From: Candidatus Hadarchaeales archaeon
GTDB taxonomy: Archaea > Hadarchaeota > Hadarchaeia > Hadarchaeales > WYZ-LMO6
Direction: 5' to 3'
Assembly (NCBI GenBank): GCA_038736355.1
Contig: JAVYML010000003.1
Span: 214,093 to 278,092 of the forward strand
Length of the DNA: 64,000 nucleotides
In this document: in pieces, positions 58,965 to 64,000 of the stretch
How the letters are laid out: each line of letters starts with the position of its first letter
Position numbering within the stretch: position 1 is the stretch's first letter
The notes under the pieces: model-generated
Seen by the model: only the letters and a program-made list of their open reading frames with translations
The model's database searches: none
What the model was told of the DNA's origin: nothing
Program-made: the position numbers and the translations under genes

Positions 58965-59975
58965 CTATGACCCTGAAAGAGGCCTCCATGCATATGCATG
59001 ACCCCCAGCTGCTACACATAGGAGGGAGCCCAGAAAGGCTCCTCCCAACGTTCCTACCCAGGAAAGGGCAGCCATGATTACTAGGAAAAGACCCACTATT
59101 TTACAGGACTCCCTCCTTGGAAACATGAGCATGATGGCAGCCATAGCCAAGCACGAGCTCCCCAAAAACATTCCCCAGAAAACAAGAGAGGTATACATGT
59201 ATATGGGGAAGAACTTTAGAGGCACATACAGAATGGCCAGACCTCCCAACACTGCACAATAAATGGCCCAGAAGGGATACCTTTCCCTTAAGGAATCCCA
59301 ACGTGGTTTGAGCTTGGGTAAATGACCCAACAGGGGAGGAAGGAAAAGGGCCAGAACTACATATGGGAGGAGGGGGATGGCCCACATGATAGACAACAAG
59401 ATAATGAGGGGAGGAGCGGGCAAGAATCCCCCTATCGAGAAATCCAGATAGAAGAGGAAGGCTAAGAGGAGGGAAATACCTATGAGGGTTTGAGTTACCA
59501 CCCTACCGGTGGAAGCCAAGTCCTTTTGGATATAATCCATCACCACCAAGCCGATGAAAGCCAAGAGAAGGGTGGTCAGAAGAAAAGTCACGGCAAGGGT
59601 GAAGGAAAGGAGGGAATGGGTAATGTTATGATACCAAACGGTTATCGCACAACCGGCCAGGAGGATGGGAAAGATCAAATGCTTTTTGTTCCAGAAATTG
59701 AGGAAGCCCATACCTATTGTAATGGCCACGGAATTCCATTTCTCCTTCAGGTCTAGATGTGGGAGATGAAGATGGGGAAGGGAGGGAAGGCGGAGACGCC
59801 TTCCCCCAGCGTGCTCAGGGGTTGGGAGGCCCTCTGGGGAGGAGGGAGAAGCCTCTACGGTGGAACTTTCTATTCCCGGTTCGGATGTTTTCTCCACACT
59901 GGGGATTCCGCCGTCGCGATCGGTTCCACCACTCAACAGGGTTTTGAGAGATTCCGTTGCTTCCAGGATTCCCAC
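58965..59975 (-). CDS. hypothetical polytopic membrane protein (about 8 TM) with S/P/E-rich cytoplasmic N-terminus
   Basis: 336 aa; no protease or transporter motif recognised. Confidence 0.45.
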   Translation of the reverse strand: MGILEATESLKTLLSGGTDRDGGIPSVEKTSEPGIESSTVEASPSSPEGLPTPEHAGGRRLRLPSLPHLHLPHLDLKEKWNSVAITIGMGFLNFWNKKHLIFPILLAGCAITVWYHNITHSLLSFTLAVTFLLTTLLLAFIGLVVMDYIQKDLASTGRVVTQTLIGISLLLAFLFYLDFSIGGFLPAPPLIILLSIMWAIPLLPYVVLALFLPPLLGHLPKLKPRWDSLRERYPFWAIYCAVLGGLAILYVPLKFFPIYMYTSLVFWGMFLGSSCLAMAAIMLMFPRRESCKIVGLFLVIMAALSWVGTLGGAFLGSLLCVAAGGHAYAWRPLSGS

Positions 59976-59989
59976 CCGGATCCCCCCCT

Positions 59990-60319
59990 TTATTTGGAGG
60001 CTCCTTCCAACAACTTCTTTATCTCTTCCACGCTCCTGTCAAGTGCCGAGAGGAGTGCCCCACTGACGTCTTGGGGAGTCGTTTTTTCAAGGGTTTCCTC
60101 TATCATTTTCTCCAATTTCTCTTCCATCCTCTTCTTCGTCCTCTGGACTACCGAGGCCTTCAGTTCACCCATCTTGAGTTTGTCCAGTCCCTCCAAGATC
60201 GATTGCCTCAAAGTGGGCTCTATCAGCCCCTTCAGTTCTTCGGAAAGGCTTTGTTGTAGCTCCTTCCTTATTAATTCCGAGAGTTCGTCTTTCTCCATTT
60301 TCGTTCTAAGCTCTTCCAC
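59990..60319 (-). CDS. hypothetical coiled-coil protein (109 aa, E/K/L-rich)
   Basis: Heptad-like pattern. Chosen over the antisense S-rich ORF 59757..60428. Confidence 0.35.
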   Translation of the reverse strand: MEELRTKMEKDELSELIRKELQQSLSEELKGLIEPTLRQSILEGLDKLKMGELKASVVQRTKKRMEEKLEKMIEETLEKTTPQDVSGALLSALDRSVEEIKKLLEGASK

Positions 60320-60415
60320 TTCCCCCCCATTTTTTTCTTTTTCAGGATACCCTAATATAAAGTTATGGTTTCAGGAAGAAAAAAAGGATACACAGTGTAA
60401 CGATTTCGTAACACA

Positions 60416-61243
60416 GTGGAATTTTTAAAAACAGTCCATTTGGAGGGAAAATTAATACTCCATGCATCTCAAAGAAAATGGATGAAGCTAAACATTCCTA
60501 CCGAAAACGAGAGACTCAAAAAGCTCATTCAGAGAGTGGAAGAGGACAAAGAACTGGAAGAACTTTGGAGATGCTCTAACGTAAATGCCATAGACCGCCT
60601 AGGTTTCACCGATCACGGTCCCGTCCACGTAAAAATCGTTGCAAATGCAGCCCTCCGCCTCTCCCATTTATTGGAAGGGGTGGAAAAACCTGGAATAGTA
60701 AAGGATCACCATCTCCCGCAGGAGTATTCTGAAATCGTGGTTTTCCTAGCGGCTGTCCTACACGATTTGGGGATGGTGGTCCAAAGGGAAGAACACGAAA
60801 AATATAGTGTGGTGCTAGCTTATCATTTCCTTCAAAAACTTCTTTACGACTATCCTCCAGAAGAGAGAGCCATTATCTCCTCCGAGGTCCTCCATGCCAT
60901 CACCTCCCATTATTCTGGGGTCTGCCTCACCAAAGAAGCGGGAATCCTCTGCATAGCCGATGCACTGGATATGGAAAAAGGGAGGGCTAGAATCCCCTTC
61001 GATGCCGGAAAGGTCGACATCCACTCAGTTTCGGCCTTGGCCATAGAAAACGTGGAAGTCCTGAGGGGTGAGAAGAAACCTGTGGTCATAAGGATAAAGA
61101 TGTCCAACTCGGCCGGCATCTTCCAAGTGGATCAACTTCTGAGGGAAAGGATAAGGAAATCTGGATTGCAGGACTACATCGAGGTGATAGCGGAGATTTC
61201 CGAAACGGAGAAAAAAATTCTCCACCGCTTTGAGCTGAGGTGA
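60416..61243 (+). CDS. HD-domain phosphohydrolase. GTG start at 60416; alternative ATG at 60482.
   Basis: H...HD metal motifs (TDHGPVHVKIVANAAL, AAVLHDLGM, ...DALD); 275 aa. Confidence 0.7.
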   Translation: MEFLKTVHLEGKLILHASQRKWMKLNIPTENERLKKLIQRVEEDKELEELWRCSNVNAIDRLGFTDHGPVHVKIVANAALRLSHLLEGVEKPGIVKDHHLPQEYSEIVVFLAAVLHDLGMVVQREEHEKYSVVLAYHFLQKLLYDYPPEERAIISSEVLHAITSHYSGVCLTKEAGILCIADALDMEKGRARIPFDAGKVDIHSVSALAIENVEVLRGEKKPVVIRIKMSNSAGIFQVDQLLRERIRKSGLQDYIEVIAEISETEKKILHRFELR

Positions 61244-61246
61244 GGG

Positions 61247-61984
61247 ATGTACATCTTGGTTCCTCTCAAGCAAGCGGAAATTGTTGCCCCCATGGGAATA
61301 GGCATGCTAATGGGGGATATGACTCAGCGAGTGACGGCACCGGTCTATATCTGGTACGTGGAAGGTAGCGAGAGAAAAATTATAGTGGACGCGGGAGTAG
61401 GTACCTCAAAGCATGAAGACCTAGAGGTGAGAGGGGGAGGAGAAAAAGGTCTGAGAAAGGCTCTGGAGGAAGTGAGAATTTCTCCCAAAGAAGTGGAGAT
61501 ACTCATCCTCACCCATCTCCACTTCGATCATGTGGCCTGTGTCAGGCTTTTCGAAAACGCAAGGATTTACGTCCAGAAGAAGGAATGGGAGACCGCCCTT
61601 TCCCCTCTTCCCCCCCTCCGTCCCTTCTACGACCAAAAACTCCTAGAACCTCTCGAAAGGATGGATTTGGTACTGGTGGAGGGGGATCATGAGATAGAAA
61701 AGGGATTGACCCTCCTTCACCTACCGGGTCACACAGAAGGGATGCAAGGACTGGCCTTTCACACGAGGAAAGGGACGGCGGTCTTGGCCTCCGACCTCCT
61801 CTATACCTATCTCAATCTCCACTCTCCCTTTTCTTATACTCCATTCTATCCGCCAGCTATTATCGTGGACCTGCGGGAGTGGTTTTGGAGCGTGGGAAAA
61901 GCTCTGAGAACCGCTTCAAGCAGGGAGTTGGTATACCCCGGTCATGAGCCCTCCCTAGAGGGAAAGAGACTTCCAGAGGTGTGA
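61247..61984 (+). CDS. metallo-beta-lactamase fold hydrolase (lactonase-like)
   Basis: ILTHLHFDHV and HLPGHTEGM motifs; 245 aa. Confidence 0.8.
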   Translation: MYILVPLKQAEIVAPMGIGMLMGDMTQRVTAPVYIWYVEGSERKIIVDAGVGTSKHEDLEVRGGGEKGLRKALEEVRISPKEVEILILTHLHFDHVACVRLFENARIYVQKKEWETALSPLPPLRPFYDQKLLEPLERMDLVLVEGDHEIEKGLTLLHLPGHTEGMQGLAFHTRKGTAVLASDLLYTYLNLHSPFSYTPFYPPAIIVDLREWFWSVGKALRTASSRELVYPGHEPSLEGKRLPEV

Positions 61985-61985
61985 A

Positions 61986-63155
61986 ATGGGAAAGGAAGGC
62001 TTCGAAAGGGTAGCGGTAATAGGGGCGGGGTCGATGGGACATGGAATAGCCGAACTTTTTGCCATGCACGGATATGAAGTGAACCTCGTGGACCTGAAGG
62101 AAGAAATTCTGCGGGAGGCCCTCAGGAAGATCGAAAAGAGTCTCGGGATGATAGGGGGATTGGAAGAGGATACTGGGGAAATCTTGGAAAGAATTCATCC
62201 AACCACCGACTTGGGAAAAGCCCTAGAAAAAGTGGATTTCGCCCTTGAAGCCGCTACGGAAAAGTTGGAATTAAAAAGGGAACTTTTCAGAAAAATGGAC
62301 AGATTTCTCCCCCACGAAGCCATTCTCTCCACCAACACTTCCTCCATAAGGATTTCCAGCCTAGCCGAAGTCACCTCCCGACCGGAGAGAGTGATTGGAA
62401 CCCATTTCGTTCACGCTCCCCAAAGAGTGGACGGTTTCATGCCCCCCCACTTTTCCATCCTCTTACCTCTGGTGGAGGTGGTCAAAACGGAATTCGTGCT
62501 TGGGGAAGTACTGGAACTAACGGTGGAACTGATGAAAGGGATAGGAAAGGTGCCGGAGGTGGTAAAGGATTCGCCCGCCTTCGTAGCCAACAGATTGCTG
62601 GTGAGGGGTGGTCTGGAGGCCTACCATGCTCTGGAAGAAGCCGATCCTTACGAGATAGACGCCTCCGCCATCTACGGTCTCGGCATGCCCCTGGGAATCT
62701 TCCAGCTCATAGATGTGATAGGTCTGGATGTGGCCCTCTATATCCTAGAATACCTACAGGTAGAGCTAGGAAGGGAGTATTCCCCACCCGAGGATCTCAA
62801 AGCACTGGTAGAGGAAGGATACTTGGGACAGAAAAGTGGAAGAGGTTTCTATGACTATTCCCAGGGAATACCGGAAGTGAAAAGAGAGGATTGGAAAACC
62901 TTTGATCCACTACGCTTGCTGGCACCCATGGTAAACGAGGTATGCGGGATGATTCAGGCGGGAATAACGAATGCCGACCAAGTGGAAAGGGTCTCCAGTC
63001 TCTCCTTCGTACCCAAGGGAATCTTCTCGCTCGCGGAAGAGTTTGGGGTGGAAAAAATCGTGAAAAAACTGGAAGAACTCAGACCGAAGGGAGAATGGTA
63101 TGAACCTTCCTCCCTTTTGCGGAAAATAGGGAGCTTCTCCGAACTTCAAACCTAA
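61986..63155 (+). CDS. 3-hydroxyacyl-CoA (3-hydroxybutyryl-CoA) dehydrogenase
   Basis: VAVIGAGSMGHGIAELFAMHGYEVNLVD Rossmann N-terminus, C-terminal 3HCDH dimerisation domain; 389 aa. Confidence 0.85.
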   Translation: MGKEGFERVAVIGAGSMGHGIAELFAMHGYEVNLVDLKEEILREALRKIEKSLGMIGGLEEDTGEILERIHPTTDLGKALEKVDFALEAATEKLELKRELFRKMDRFLPHEAILSTNTSSIRISSLAEVTSRPERVIGTHFVHAPQRVDGFMPPHFSILLPLVEVVKTEFVLGEVLELTVELMKGIGKVPEVVKDSPAFVANRLLVRGGLEAYHALEEADPYEIDASAIYGLGMPLGIFQLIDVIGLDVALYILEYLQVELGREYSPPEDLKALVEEGYLGQKSGRGFYDYSQGIPEVKREDWKTFDPLRLLAPMVNEVCGMIQAGITNADQVERVSSLSFVPKGIFSLAEEFGVEKIVKKLEELRPKGEWYEPSSLLRKIGSFSELQT

Positions 63156-64000
63156 GTAACAGCGGAAGCCCTCAATTTCTCCCAGTATCTCCTATTATAA
63201 GGACAACCTGGATCTGGAGCCTGTACATCCCCGAAGTATCCATATGCCCTAGCCCTACATCCCCCACACACATATCTATACTCACAACCTCCACATCCTT
63301 CCAAGGCATCCCTATCCCTTAGCTTCCATAGCACCTCTGAAGTCTCCCAAATCTCCTTCAACCTCCTTTCCTTCAGGTTTCCCAAAGGGATGGGCATGAA
63401 CACACATGGTACCACCTCTCCATCGGGTTGGAGACCACAATAGAGCCTACCCGCACCACATCCTCCCAAGAAATCCGCCAAGCTCCTCGTCTTACCCTGC
63501 AGGGCCCTGAGGGTTTCTTGACTGGCGAAGTGTGTGGGAACAGGCCCCAACCCTCCTTTTCCTTCAGCCATTTGAAGGGAAACCACGGAGAGTTGGGGGG
63601 CCGTGCTCAAACAGAAGAAACCCGTGCTCACCATCCTCTCGTAGAGGTGGCAGAGGAGTTCCCACCTCTCCTCTGGGGCAAGGTCCTCCTCCATTATTTC
63701 TTTCCCCCTCCCTACGGGAACATAGTTGAAAACCATCACCCTCTGGACCCCCAGCTCTTCCTTCACAAAGTCTATGAGGGAGGGAATCTCTTTGAGGTTC
63801 CAGCGGGTGGCGGTAATAGCCACGCAAGTATCCAAACCCTCTTCCACCGCGTTCCTTATTCCCTCACAAGTCTTTTTCCAAATTCCAGGTATCCCCCTGA
63901 AGCGATCGTGTGTCTCCTCAAAGCCATCCAGAGAAACCTCCACGTAATCCAAGATTTCCTTCATCTCTTTGCATTTCTCTCTCGTGAGGAGGGTCCCGTT
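63152..64000 (-). CDS. radical SAM enzyme with C-terminal SPASM domain, 5' partial (continues beyond the window end)
   Basis: C-terminal auxiliary-cluster motifs GGCGAGRLYCGLQPDGEVVPCVF and CGGCEYRYVCGGCRARAY...GCPY. The reading frame is open to position 64000. Confidence 0.7.
   Translation of the reverse strand, partial: NGTLLTREKCKEMKEILDYVEVSLDGFEETHDRFRGIPGIWKKTCEGIRNAVEEGLDTCVAITATRWNLKEIPSLIDFVKEELGVQRVMVFNYVPVGRGKEIMEEDLAPEERWELLCHLYERMVSTGFFCLSTAPQLSVVSLQMAEGKGGLGPVPTHFASQETLRALQGKTRSLADFLGGCGAGRLYCGLQPDGEVVPCVFMPIPLGNLKERRLKEIWETSEVLWKLRDRDALEGCGGCEYRYVCGGCRARAYGYFGDVQAPDPGCPYNRRYWEKLRASAVT

Noticed and set aside
59757-60428. 223-aa plus-strand S/F-rich ORF
   Set aside because: Antisense to the coiled-coil ORF, which has the more protein-like composition. 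Neither is strongly supported, so only the minus-strand ORF is listed, at low confidence.
1-64000. CRISPR arrays, rRNA genes, IS elements
   Set aside because: No direct-repeat/spacer periodicity, no rRNA-like stretches and no transposase-like ORFs were seen. The only repeat-like sequence is coding low complexity at 45.7-46.1 kb.

Overview
This 64 kb window comes from a (hyper)thermophilic archaeon. The evidence is an exosome superoperon, aIF2-beta, KEOPS subunits, RNase P Pop5, prefoldin, a geranylgeranyl reductase and a tRNA with an encoded CCA. The region is densely coding, mostly housekeeping and core biosynthesis, with short or overlapping gene junctions. From left to right:
- A 3' fragment of a CDC48-type AAA ATPase whose first 297 nt encode the C-terminal end of an intein, then LigT and tRNA-Ile(GAT).
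- A ribokinase plus nucleoside hydrolase salvage pair.
- A six-gene arginine operon on the minus strand (argG-argC-argJ-argB-argD-argF).
- A MoaD/ThiS-like beta-grasp gene lacking a C-terminal Gly-Gly, coupled to UPF0200 and UPF0201.
- RNase Z, Trm11-like tRNA methyltransferase, PRPP synthetase, a PflX-like radical SAM, a PhoU/TrkA-C protein, Cgi121 and aIF2-beta.
- An 18 kb co-directional array: ilvBNCD-leuCDB-argH, a second argG paralog, a 2-hydroxyacid dehydrogenase, then L15e-Pop5-PsmA-SBDS-Rrp4-Rrp41-Rrp42-L37ae-RpoP-Pcc1-PfdB-DHH.
- ilvE, a nucleotidyltransferase, DJ-1, a BKACE enzyme, a crotonase, purD/purN and a presenilin-like membrane protein.
- A metal-homeostasis block: nikR, an orphan cooC, and a DtxR-family gene with feoB, preceded by a palindromic iron-box-like operator.
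- Two GT4 glycosyltransferases, a small 2x[4Fe-4S] ferredoxin, an HDAC-like plus radical-SAM coupled pair, and an M42 aminopeptidase.
- A cluster of secreted and membrane proteins of unknown function, an HD hydrolase, an MBL hydrolase, a 3-hydroxyacyl-CoA dehydrogenase, and a partial SPASM radical SAM gene at the right edge.
No CRISPR array, rRNA or obvious transposon was found.
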